This document shows positions 18,917-28,900 of a stretch of DNA of 64,000 nt, piece after piece. Position 1 is the stretch's first letter; each line of letters opens with the position of its first letter. The DNA lies in contig JAWAWX010000001.1 of NCBI GenBank assembly GCA_038897215.1, positions 800,001-864,000 of the forward strand, given 5' to 3'. Under the pieces are notes generated by a model that saw nothing but the letters and a program-made list of their open reading frames with translations, did no database searches and had not been told where the DNA came from. Position numbers and translations under genes: made by a program. The stretch comes from Acidilobaceae archaeon (GTDB taxonomy: Archaea; Thermoproteota; Thermoprotei_A; Sulfolobales; Acidilobaceae).

Positions 18917-20096
18917 AAGAGATGGGTGTGTACTCTAAGCCTAGAGGTCCAACGTAGTCTTCGAGTGGACGTATCAGCTTATTGTTGCTCAGTTGTTCAG
19001 CATAGTGAGCCACCCAGCCGACGACTCTACCAGCCATGAAGAGAGAGACGTAGAGCTCTGGCGGAATCCCTATGAGCATGTAGAGGAGAGCCGTGTAGAG
19101 GTCAACGTTAGCGACCAAGTTTTTATACTCTTTCACGAGTTTCTCGACTCTATGTATGGCGTCGAGCCACTCAGCTCCTCCCTTGAAACGAGCTACTAGC
19201 TCTTTGAGAACCACGACTCTGGGGTCTAGCTCTTTGTAGACTCTGTGCCCGAACCCCGGGACCTTCTCTCCTCTTGCGAGCTTTTCTCTCACGTAGCTCT
19301 CGAAGACATCGCCTAGGCTTGAAGTACTCTCCATAGCTCTCCTCTCTACCTCTATGAGCATCCAGTAAGCGTCCTCGTTCGCTGCTCCGTGGAGTGGCCC
19401 CTTGAGAGCCCCTATGGCCGCGGCTACAGCGCTATAGATATCGCTCATGGTGCTCGCGACAACCCTCAGAGCGAAAGTCGAGGCGTTGAAGCCATGGTCC
19501 ATGTATAGGATGAGGGAGGCCTCCAGAGCTCTCGCCTCCAGCTCTGATGGCTCGCGCAGGAGGATCATTCGGAGGAGGTCGGATGCGTGAGCGCGTGCAG
19601 ACTCAGGCTTAACCCTAACCCCTTTGTAGGCGAAGTTGAAGCCGTATATGGAGAAGACGGGGAGTTGAGCCACGAGCCTGACCTGATGCTCTTCAACCTT
19701 ACCCCAATCCATCCTCCAGGAGGGGTACAGAGAGCGAGCGAGGAGGACAGCTCCTACTACAGCGTAGTACGATGGGTGGGACTTCGGCAGAGACTCTATC
19801 ACGTCGAGAACCCAGTCCTCGACTCCCGCTCTCTCTCTATCAATCTCTCTCCTGAAGCCTTCATACTCTCTGTAGCAGGGGAGCCTGCCTTTCAGAAGGA
19901 GGAAGGCTGACTCGTAGAAATCAGAGAGTCTAGCTAAATCAACGACCCTGTAGCCTCTATACGTAGTCAAGACGCCGCGAGGGTCTACGCTACTAATCCT
20001 GGTAGAGTCGACGACTACTCTCTGAAGCCCCCTATTAACGACTGCTACACGACCGTGGATGTAATGGTCTACTATTCTGCAAAGCTCTCTATCCAA
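18900..20096 (-). CDS. gltA: Citrate synthase / 2-methylcitrate synthase
   Basis: YRGY, DHGFNASTF, LKGPLHGAANE, GFGHRVYK..DPR, NVD, LIRP. Confidence 0.93.
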   Translation of the reverse strand: MDRELCRIVDHYIHGRVAVVNRGLQRVVVDSTRISSVDPRGVLTTYRGYRVVDLARLSDFYESAFLLLKGRLPCYREYEGFRREIDRERAGVEDWVLDVIESLPKSHPSYYAVVGAVLLARSLYPSWRMDWGKVEEHQVRLVAQLPVFSIYGFNFAYKGVRVKPESARAHASDLLRMILLREPSELEARALEASLILYMDHGFNASTFALRVVASTMSDIYSAVAAAIGALKGPLHGAANEDAYWMLIEVERRAMESTSSLGDVFESYVREKLARGEKVPGFGHRVYKELDPRVVVLKELVARFKGGAEWLDAIHRVEKLVKEYKNLVANVDLYTALLYMLIGIPPELYVSLFMAGRVVGWVAHYAEQLSNNKLIRPLEDYVGPLGLEYTPISSRACE

Positions 20097-20172
20097 ACCG
20101 CACTCACCCGCAACAGATAGAACAGCACAGATACACGGAGCACTAAGCTGAGCTTAAAAACGCTACGGGCTA

Positions 20173-20223
20173 GGAAGACATGATGACTCCTCATAGGTCT
20201 AGCAAGAGCTTCTGAAAGCTTCC
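20173..20223 (+). ncRNA. Putative short box C/D (K-turn) RNA
   Basis: ATGATGA (20180-86) and CTGA (20212-15) closed by a GGAAG/CTTCC stem; CTTAAAAA about 20 nt upstream; internal C'/D' boxes unclear. Confidence 0.4.
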
Positions 20224-20381
20224 AGGATATAGCGCTAGAGGAACAACATAGAGTCTCGAGACCTCCACTCACTAGAGTAACGGGGAGATGCTGTGTAGCT
20301 AGCGAGAGATATGGCGAAGCCTGATATGGAGGTGATTAAAACTCTGTCTTTGAGAGAATGCTTTGGCGAGGATAGAGGAGG

Positions 20382-21056
20382 TTGGGTAAGAGGATCGCTG
20401 TTGTCGCTGTCACTCCGGTATTCGACGATAGAGACTTCTTTAGAGTCAGAACTATAGACGATGCTGACTTCCTAGAGCTCAGAGTAGCCTATGCTGAAGA
20501 CCCGGCTACTCTGAACTTCAAGTGGCTACTTCCGCTCAAGGATAGAGCGATAGTCTCTCTTAGGGGCATCAGGGAGTCTGAGAGCGTCAAAGACCCCTTG
20601 AAAGATGCCGAGAGAATAGTGAGTGCTGTGAGGAAGCTGAGACTCATGCTCGAAGTCGACGTAGAGCTGTTAGAGGAGCTGGGCGGTGAGAGTCTCGTAG
20701 ACAGCTTGACGGTAGTATCTCTGAGTCTAGACAAGAGGAGCGTTAGTGAGAACGAGATGAGGGATATTGTGGGCAGATATGCTGGGAAAGCTTATGCTCT
20801 CAAGGTGAGAGTCGATGCAACCGATAGAGCTTTCCCCATTAACGCTGCTAGAGCTCTCTCTCTAGCCGACAACGTGGTAGTAGACGCGGCTAGAAGCGGG
20901 GTCAGAGAGACGGCTCTCCTAGCTCTCCTAGGCTCGAGGATGCTCTACGGCTACGCGGGATACAAGCTGGAGTACTCTCTAAGCTATAAGACTGTGAAGC
21001 TGATAGTGTCTAGGCTCGAAGAGTTCTTGAAGAGTCTATCTAGCGGCGCGCAGTAG
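20382..21056 (+). CDS. Type I 3-dehydroquinate dehydratase-like TIM barrel (degenerate)
   Basis: DFLELRV, IVSLR, DVE, ALKV; the His of the usual I.S.H motif is absent. Confidence 0.6.
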   Translation: MGKRIAVVAVTPVFDDRDFFRVRTIDDADFLELRVAYAEDPATLNFKWLLPLKDRAIVSLRGIRESESVKDPLKDAERIVSAVRKLRLMLEVDVELLEELGGESLVDSLTVVSLSLDKRSVSENEMRDIVGRYAGKAYALKVRVDATDRAFPINAARALSLADNVVVDAARSGVRETALLALLGSRMLYGYAGYKLEYSLSYKTVKLIVSRLEEFLKSLSSGAQ

Positions 21057-21064
21057 CTCTCGAT

Positions 21065-21511
21065 TTACTCGAAGAACGCGGAGCCAGAGAGCTCTCCCTG
21101 ACTCTCCAGGCATTTCTCAACCTCTTCTAGTATTGCTCTCCACGCCTCGCCAGCGGTTTTCGCCAACGTCAGGTCTATCTTGGCTCCTAGCTGAAGGTCC
21201 TTGAAGCCCTCTACTAGAACTACGTCTACTTTATCATCCAGGAATTCCAGCACGCTCTCTAGACTCCACTCTCTAGCGAATACAGCTGTCTTCTCTCCGG
21301 AGCCCATAAGCACTACGGAGTAGTCTGCTTGCCCCTCGTTTAGAAACCTCCAGGAGTCTTTGTGAGCCACGTCGATATCGTGGTGTGTATGCTTCAACAC
21401 CCCCACTCTAACCCCTCTCTTCTTGAGCTCTCTGAGAGCAACGATTATGCTCGTAGTCTTGCCGGAAGCACTGGGGCCCACGACCTGGACTATGCAGAGC
21501 TTTTTTCTCAC
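21065..21511 (-). CDS. mobB: Molybdopterin-guanine dinucleotide biosynthesis protein B
   Basis: GPSASGKTT, LKHTHH..D...KDS.RF, DVVLVEGFK. Confidence 0.92.
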   Translation of the reverse strand: MRKKLCIVQVVGPSASGKTTSIIVALRELKKRGVRVGVLKHTHHDIDVAHKDSWRFLNEGQADYSVVLMGSGEKTAVFAREWSLESVLEFLDDKVDVVLVEGFKDLQLGAKIDLTLAKTAGEAWRAILEEVEKCLESQGELSGSAFFE

Positions 21512-21768
21512 AAGCCTCCGCCTCCGGGAGGGAATATGTCTAGAACATCCTCGTCTCTAACCGGAGTATCCAAGCCTTGGAGAAGTCTTGCGTTAACGCC
21601 GTTCACTAAGACTATGAGTTCTCCTGACTCGAAGAGAGAGACTAGAGGCTTGAGCTCATCCACAGACTCGAGTACATCTCTAAGCCTAGCCTCCCTCCCT
21701 AGAGCCAGAGTCTTAGAGGACCACCCCAGCTTCTCTCTGAGCAGAGCGTAAACTCTCAGCAGAGCCAT
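21508..21768 (-). CDS. moaD: MoaD/ThiS family sulfur carrier
   Basis: YALLRE, VLVNG, LDT.V...D...IFPPGGGG(L). Confidence 0.9.
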   Translation of the reverse strand: MALLRVYALLREKLGWSSKTLALGREARLRDVLESVDELKPLVSLFESGELIVLVNGVNARLLQGLDTPVRDEDVLDIFPPGGGGL

Positions 21769-21820
21769 AGAGTCGACCCCTTCCGCTATAAGCGAGTACC
21801 TGAGTAAGGTTATAACTAAG

Positions 21821-22930
21821 CTATGAGGGGCAGAAGGAGAGCCCGTGGAGGTATGGGCAGCTAGCGCACGAGGGGCTGTTTCCCCAGCAGTCGAATGTAT
21901 TCGAGAGTGTCGCAGCGCAGTAGTCTTTGAGCTCGCAGTCTAAGCAGGATGGTAGCTGGAGTAGCTGGAGCATTAGTAGCTGCCTGCTATTAGCTCTCCA
22001 GATCTCGCTTACGTCTCTCTCAGTCACATCGCCCAAGAGGACCTCACTTATCTCTCTCCTAACCCCGCCGACTATCGTCACCCAAGACCTAGAGTAGTAT
22101 ATGCACGGAGACACCTTGCCATCGCTTCTCACGAAGAGCATCCTGTTGTAGGCGAAGGGGCAGAGCCTAGTTGTTCTAGATGAGAGGTTAGGCTTCCAGA
22201 CCTTCACTCCAGACTCTAGGACTTTGAGAGACGCTAGCTCGAGTTGCTTCTTCAGCTCCTCTAGGCATAGAGGGTCCTCTAGACAGTCGAGAGCTCTAGT
22301 GTTGTCATCGTAGGGTATAATCATGTTGTAGTCGATCTCAGCTATCCCGACTTCTTTGGCGAACTCGACGGCTCTCGAGACGTGTTTCACGTTTGCCTTG
22401 CTGACCGTGAATATAGCCTTGACGTATGGCTTGATGCTATCTCTAGCTCTCTTCTCTCTATCTAGAGCTCTAAGCCCCCTAACCACAGCCGGCAAGCTCC
22501 CCCTTCTCCTTATCTTCGAGTAGAGTTCTATCTCGAAGGCGTCGATACTAACGTACAGCTCTTCGAGCCCCAGCTCTACCAGCCTTCCCGCTAGCTTCTC
22601 CAAATAGAATCCGTTAGTGTTTAGCACCACGTAGAATCCGTACTGCTTAGCTAAGGCTAGAAGCTCGTCAATCCTAGGGTGCGTGGTGGGCTCACCCCAT
22701 CCAGAGAAGACTATTCTCCTCACACCAGACCTCACCGCGTTATCGAGTAGCTTCTTGTAGAGGTCTAGAGGCATGTGATACTCCTTGAAGCTCTTACTAG
22801 AGAATCTAAAGCAGTGGATGCATGAGTAATTACAGCTACTCGTGACCTCAACCATGAGCGACCTTGGAGCCGACCCCTCGGCTAGACGTAGCTCCCAATC
22901 CATAAGCCTATAGGCAGTCACGACCCTCAA
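21821..22930 (-). CDS. Tungsten-cofactor oxidoreductase radical SAM maturase (SPASM)
   Basis: CNYSCIHC, SGWGEP, C-terminal Cys-rich PSC..C...C......DCWGN.PSC..C; divergent from aor. Confidence 0.88.
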   Translation of the reverse strand: MRVVTAYRLMDWELRLAEGSAPRSLMVEVTSSCNYSCIHCFRFSSKSFKEYHMPLDLYKKLLDNAVRSGVRRIVFSGWGEPTTHPRIDELLALAKQYGFYVVLNTNGFYLEKLAGRLVELGLEELYVSIDAFEIELYSKIRRRGSLPAVVRGLRALDREKRARDSIKPYVKAIFTVSKANVKHVSRAVEFAKEVGIAEIDYNMIIPYDDNTRALDCLEDPLCLEELKKQLELASLKVLESGVKVWKPNLSSRTTRLCPFAYNRMLFVRSDGKVSPCIYYSRSWVTIVGGVRREISEVLLGDVTERDVSEIWRANSRQLLMLQLLQLPSCLDCELKDYCAATLSNTFDCWGNSPSCASCPYLHGLSFCPS

Positions 22931-23024
22931 ACCCGGCTTCTTCTAGGATACAAAAGCTTAGATAGATTTCTTTATAAACTCTAGCCTGCACTACCTCTAC
23001 TCGACTAGGCCAGAGGTGTCCTAG

Positions 23025-24917
23025 TTGCCTCTCGGCGGCTACGTTGGGGGAGTCCTAAGAGTCAACCTTACAGAAGGCAAGGTCTACAAAGAACCCCTCC
23101 CCGAAGAGGATATCCTCAAGAAGTGGATAGGGGGCAGAGGGCTAGGAGTCTACTACATGTTGAAAGAAGTAGACCCCAAGGTAGACCCCCTCAGTCCCGG
23201 CAATAAAGCCATAGTCGCTACAGGGCCCCTCACAGGCTTAGCGGGTCTCGTCGCTCCCGGTAGATGGGTTTCTATAACGAAGTCTCCCCTAACGGGGACT
23301 ATTCACGATTCTCACAGCGGAGGCAAGTTCGGCCCTGAGTTGAAGTTCGCGGGTTTCGATGTGATAATAATTGAAGGAGCTTCCGAGAAGCCTGTGTACT
23401 TGTGGATTCACGACGGGAAAGCTGAGCTAAGAGATGCTGGGCACCTGTGGGGTAAGGATACTCACGCTACGACAGACGAAATCCAGGAGGAGCTAGCTCC
23501 CGAAGTCGGCTCTGATGAAGCTAAGAAGATAAAGGTGGCTACGATCGGCCCTGCGGGAGAGAGGTTATCGAGGATAGCTTGTATAATCAATGACAAGTCT
23601 AGAGCAGCGGGAAGAGGAGGCCATGGAGCAGTCTGGGGCTCTAAGAAGCTAAAGGCGATAGCTGTCAGGGGGCACAGGAAGATACCCGTGGCTAGAGAGG
23701 ACGCGTTCAGAGAGATAGTGCTCAAAGGTATGGAACTCGCTAAGAAATCCCCTGTGACATCTCAGGCTCTCCCCAAGTATGGCACCGCCGTCCTAGTCAA
23801 TATAATCAACGCTCACGGAATATTCCCCACGCGGAACTTCCAGACGGGAGTATTCCCCGAGGCTGACAAGATAAGCGGTGAGACTATAGCCTCTCAAATC
23901 ATGGACTGGGAGAAGTACAGAGAGGAGGTCTGCTGGGGCTGTGCTATAGGTTGCGCTAGGTACACGAGAGTCTCGGGCAAGTTCTCTGGCGAGGGCGGAG
24001 GCCCCGAGTATGAGACGGTATGGGCTTTGGGAGCTGACACGGGGGTATCAGACCTAGATGCTGTCTCGAAGGCGAACTTCCTCTGCAACGAGCTAGGGCT
24101 AGACACTATATCCATGGGAGCCACTATAGCTACACTCATGGAGCTCGTAGAGAAAGGAAAAGTCCCCCAGGAGAAGCTTAGAGGGCTTAACGTGAAGTGG
24201 GGCAACGGAGAGGCTCTCGTCGAGCTAGTGTGGAGAACAGCCTACAGGTCCGGCATAGGAGACGACCTAGCTGAGGGAGCTCTCAGACTAGCTAAGAAAT
24301 ACGGCGCGCCAGAGCTAGCTATGGTGGTAAGAGGGCAGGAGCTCCCCGCGTACGACCCGAGAGGAGCTAAAGGCCACGGGCTAGCCTACGCTACCAGCAA
24401 TAGAGGAGGCTGCCACCTCAGAGCTTACATCATAGCCCCCGAGGTTCTCGGTATACCGCAGCTAGTCGATAGATTCTCTACAGAGGGCAAGGGCAAGTTA
24501 GTCAAGCACTTCCAAGACGTCTTCGCTGCTCTAGATAGCTTAGTTGTCTGCAAGTTCGTCACGTTCGCTTACTGGAGTGATGTGCTTCTGCAGCAGCTAA
24601 ACGCTGTGACAGGCTGGGATATGACTCTAGAAGACTTCGAGACTATAGGTGAGAGAATATACAATGCTGAGAGAGTCTTCAACATCCTAGCCTTCGGAGA
24701 CGGAGAGGAGTACGATACGCTACCAGCAAGACTCCTCAAAGAGCCTATGCCCGAGGGCCCCACGAAGGGCCACGTTGTAGAGCTAGAGCCTATGCTCAAA
24801 GACTACTATGCAGTAAGAGGCTGGGTCAAGGGGAGACCTACCTACGAGACTCTCAAGAAGCTAGGACTAGAGGACTTGGCGAAAAAGCTTCAAGACGAAG
24901 GGCTCCTCCCAGGATAG
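23025..24917 (+). CDS. aor: Aldehyde:ferredoxin oxidoreductase (tungsten)
   Basis: KSPLTG, AAGRGGHGAVWGSKKLKA, CWGCAIGC, GPEYET, GLDTIS, YDPRG, RGGCH. Confidence 0.95.
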   Translation: MPLGGYVGGVLRVNLTEGKVYKEPLPEEDILKKWIGGRGLGVYYMLKEVDPKVDPLSPGNKAIVATGPLTGLAGLVAPGRWVSITKSPLTGTIHDSHSGGKFGPELKFAGFDVIIIEGASEKPVYLWIHDGKAELRDAGHLWGKDTHATTDEIQEELAPEVGSDEAKKIKVATIGPAGERLSRIACIINDKSRAAGRGGHGAVWGSKKLKAIAVRGHRKIPVAREDAFREIVLKGMELAKKSPVTSQALPKYGTAVLVNIINAHGIFPTRNFQTGVFPEADKISGETIASQIMDWEKYREEVCWGCAIGCARYTRVSGKFSGEGGGPEYETVWALGADTGVSDLDAVSKANFLCNELGLDTISMGATIATLMELVEKGKVPQEKLRGLNVKWGNGEALVELVWRTAYRSGIGDDLAEGALRLAKKYGAPELAMVVRGQELPAYDPRGAKGHGLAYATSNRGGCHLRAYIIAPEVLGIPQLVDRFSTEGKGKLVKHFQDVFAALDSLVVCKFVTFAYWSDVLLQQLNAVTGWDMTLEDFETIGERIYNAERVFNILAFGDGEEYDTLPARLLKEPMPEGPTKGHVVELEPMLKDYYAVRGWVKGRPTYETLKKLGLEDLAKKLQDEGLLPG

Positions 24918-24924
24918 CTAGCAG

Positions 24925-24990
24925 CGCTCCCTCCCGTCTCTACCCCTTTCTTCTCTCCGGTTCTCCTCGATATCCTTTTTCTCTCCGTCT
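24925..24990 (+). terminator. Pyrimidine-rich terminator region after aor
   Basis: CT-rich tract containing CCTTTTT between convergent genes. Confidence 0.4.
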
Positions 24991-24992
24991 CT

Positions 24993-25958
24993 TCAGTAAC
25001 CCTCCTCTAGGCTTGCTTTACCGCTCTGAGATACCAGACTCTCTGCGAGCTTATCGACGCACCTACACACTTCTTTAGATAAGACTATGTCGTGGAGCCC
25101 CAGTAGCCTAGGTCTACTAGCTACGGTGTCTATCTCTATGACTAAGGGTACTCCAAGCTCGCTCAGACCCTTTACCTTAGTCTCAAGCACTCCCGTCTCT
25201 GGCTCCACGGGGATTGTGGGAGAGGCTAGTAGCAGTCCCCCGTTTTCTACCTCGATAGCTCCTCCTGCAACAACGAGCGGGAGCCCCGTCTCTACGCTTC
25301 TGGCTACAGCCAAGCTGTAGATTATCTCCTTCCTGTATCCCAGCACGCCACTGCTATCTCTTTCTATCGGCAGGCTTGAGGCTGGATGAGGCATCATCAG
25401 ACCTATTATCATGTTCGCTGACGAGAGTCGAGCTAGTTTAAAGATATCGGGGACGAGTATATCCTCGTCTATGAAGAGTGCTATAGTGAGGTCATAGCGG
25501 TCGAGTCTAACGACTTCTATCGTTCTGCCCGCGCTTATCCCTATACCTTCCTCAGCGTTGTTCAATACGATCTTTCTATGCTTTCCCATCACTATACCTC
25601 TAGGCGATGTGACGACAACAGACATGTATACTCGGGGGCCTGCTCTCTCGATTATAGGCCCTCCGACAATGTAGACGTTGTACTCGAAGCTCCACTTAGC
25701 TAGAAGAGTGGTAGCGCTTCCCTGCTTCGCTTTAGAGGGGCCTACGGTTATTCTCTCAGCGTTACTCCACGCCACCTTCCTAGCTTTAGCCTCGCCGTAG
25801 ACCGAGAGAGGACCGTAGAACAGATAAGGGGGGAGTATCACTAGATTTACGTCGTACTCGTCGACAAGCCTCCTTATATGTTCGCCGAGCTTCTTAGCAT
25901 TAGACCGCTTAGCATCAAATTTGAGCTTCTCGTGCACAACCCCTACTCTAACCCGCAC
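24993..25958 (-). CDS. Carbon-nitrogen hydrolase (nitrilase-fold) protein with degenerate active site
   Basis: NLVILPPY, GPIIERAGPRVY, KHRK, FIDEDI; overlaps the reverse gyrase stop. Confidence 0.75.
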   Translation of the reverse strand: MRVRVGVVHEKLKFDAKRSNAKKLGEHIRRLVDEYDVNLVILPPYLFYGPLSVYGEAKARKVAWSNAERITVGPSKAKQGSATTLLAKWSFEYNVYIVGGPIIERAGPRVYMSVVVTSPRGIVMGKHRKIVLNNAEEGIGISAGRTIEVVRLDRYDLTIALFIDEDILVPDIFKLARLSSANMIIGLMMPHPASSLPIERDSSGVLGYRKEIIYSLAVARSVETGLPLVVAGGAIEVENGGLLLASPTIPVEPETGVLETKVKGLSELGVPLVIEIDTVASRPRLLGLHDIVLSKEVCRCVDKLAESLVSQSGKASLEEGY

Positions 25959-28900
25959 TCTCAGACCCCCCTCTTGTTGCTCCCTTTAGAGCTATGCACT
26001 CTGCTAGCTCTCCGCTCACCCCAGTCTCCTCAGCAGCCTCTCTAGAGGCAGATTTAATAACGTGGACGAGTCCCTCGACTTCCTTGTAGATATCATCTAA
26101 TACCTGGACCCACGTCTTGGCTCCTCCTTCTATCTCATCCATAGCCTCTTCTAGCTGCCTGGTTCTCTCCTCTGAGATCAGACTCGGGACTATCGCGAGA
26201 TGTTTGGCTATAGCGCTCAGCCTGTCTGCGGCTAGCTCTGGGAGGTTTACTAAGTACTCGTAGACCATCTTCCCTCTCTTGGTTGCAACTATGTAGCCTC
26301 CTCTTGGCTTCTTTAGAGGAGCGATATAGCCTCTCTTGAGGAGCCTCTCGACTATCTTAGCGTAAGTGCTGGGTCTCCCTATCCCTCTCTTCTTCATCTC
26401 CTCTACGAGCTCTCCCTGAGTGTAGGGCATAGTCGAGGAGACCTTCTTTTCGAGCACGCGATACACTATGGACGCGAAGGCCTGCCTCCCTGCTAGCAGG
26501 CTCTCCTCCATCTCTCTAGGCAGTAGGGGGTTCTGGACGTTTACAGCTTCTCTGAGCACGTTGAGGAAGCCTAGCTTAACCCTATCGGAGGGTAGCTCTG
26601 TGATTCGAGAGACCTCTAGGATCTCGCCGCTTACATCGATTAAGTAGACGGTCTCGCGGACCTCTGCTTCTCTCATCTGACTCGCTACGAATCTCCTGAA
26701 GATCAGGTCGTATAGCCTTAAGTGTCTCTGGGTCAGAGTCCCGGGTATCTCTATAGAGCCCTCCTCTATGAGTATTTGTAGCGCGTTAGCGTCAACAGGC
26801 CTGACTGGGCGTATTGCTTCATGAGCCCCCCTCTCACTCCATCTCCTAGGCACGTAGAGGCTCTCCGCTAGCTCGCCGTAGGCTTGCTTGATCCACTCTA
26901 GAGCGACCTCCATACCTCTCTCGCTGACACGTGTTGAGTCTGTTCTATGGTACGTTATGAGACCCCACTCGAAGAGGTTCTGAGCTAGCCTCATCGTCTC
27001 GGGAGCTCCGAAGCCTAGTCTTCTACTAGCTTCTAGTATGAGAGTGTCTGTGGTGAAGGGCGGTGGGGGCGGGATGGTCACCCACCTACTCGAGGAGATC
27101 CTGACCTTCGCCTCAGCAAGCACCTCCTCTCCTCTACGCTGCCTATTAGCGAGCTCTTTGAGGGCTCTGACTGTAGCCGGGTCTTTTAGCTCGTCTTCTC
27201 TAATGGTGATGAAGATCTCTCCAGTGTCTGACCTCTTGAGGATGAAGAGGCTCACCTTTCTCGTTGCTTCACTAGTCCTCTTCACAACCCAGCCGAGCGC
27301 GGGGGTTTGCACTCTGCCAGCGCTCAGCCCGTAGTTGTAGCGAAGCCTCTGGCATGCTTCAGCCTCTCTCTCAGACCTTCTCGGAGACGCGTCTATGCTG
27401 GCGCAGTAGTAGTTGCGCCAGAAGTCGCACCATAGGAGAGGAGATAGAGCGAAGCCTATCCATCTATCCTCGATCCTCCTCACGATCTGCGCTTCTACGA
27501 GCCTCTCCTCGAGCTCTCTAGGGTTCTCGAGAGCCTGGAGTATGGCCTGTCTCGTGACCTCGTGGAACTCCAGCCTCTTGATGTTCTTATTGAAGGGTCT
27601 CAGGAGGACCGCTAGATCCCACCCTATCTTCTCTCCCTCGGTGTCAGGGTCTGTGCCTATGAGGACCTCGTCTGCCTCCCAGGCTAGCCTGCGCAGGTCC
27701 TCTATCAGAGTCTTCGAGTCTCTGAATAGCCTGCTCCCACATCTAGGGCAGCTCTCAGAGTCTTCTGCGAACTGCTCTCTACAGACTAGGCACGTCTTTA
27801 TGCTAGAGTATACCGGCACGTAGGCTGTTCTCTCTCCGCTTTCTCCGACTATGACTCCGAAGATGTCTGCTGGGTTTTTGAGAGACCTTGCCGCTATGCT
27901 GAGCTCTCTCTCTCCGCTAGCTGGGACTAGGTCGTAGACATGCCCTCCGCTTGCAGCGATTACGAGAACTCTGTTCTGCAAGGCTATCTCGTAGGCTCTA
28001 AGCCCTCCTTGTAGTATTCTTACAGAAGGTCGCCCGAAGAAGTAGGCTATGGTTCTAGCCTTATTCGGAGACTCCACCACTAGGAGTGATGTCTTGACGA
28101 GTTCTCTCCGCTCTAGAGGCTTTTCCGGCTTGCGGAGTATCTCGGCTACTCTCCTTCTATCGAGCTCTATCTCTTCAACTATCTTGTCGAGTTCTCCAGC
28201 AAGCGATCTGAAGTCAACCCACTTGATGTCCGCTATGTAGCGAGACCGCGCTATCAGTCTACGAAGCACGTTGACGTTATCGGCTACGACTACGCTCAGA
28301 CCTTTAGTCAACCCTCCAGCGTACAGTCGGCTAGTTCTACCGCTTGCCTGGATGTACGTAGAGACGTCTGCTATCAGAATGTAGGTCCTCCCGTTCTCGA
28401 ATACCACGCCTACATCGCTTCTCTCCTTTATCTTCTCGATAACCTCGGGGTTTGCTAGAGCTCTCTTAGCGAAGTCGAGAGCCTTCAGGATAGTGCTAGC
28501 CGCTCTTCTGACTCTCTCGTCGCTCTCAGCTCCTGCTTTGATCATGTCGATCACGTAGCCTAGATAGCCTTGAGTGTATTTCCTCAGAAGGCGTCTAAGC
28601 TCTCCTAGAATCCTCCTAGCCTCATCAGAGACCTCTGGTACGCCGAGCTCGGCTATGAGCTCCGCTACTCTAGCAAGAGCGAGAGGGTTAGGTTCTATCT
28701 CTCCTACTGCTAGAGGGAACTTGTATCGAGGGACACCGACGAAGACAGAATATTTGACTATTTCAGGCAAATCTATTCCTCTAACTAGGGGGCCGTAGTA
28801 GTGCGCTACCCCCACGAGAACATCGACTTCTCCTTTCTGGAACTTCTCAAAGACAGCGAAGGGGGTTCGCGAGTGGTATGCTTGAGCGTTGACCCCAGCT

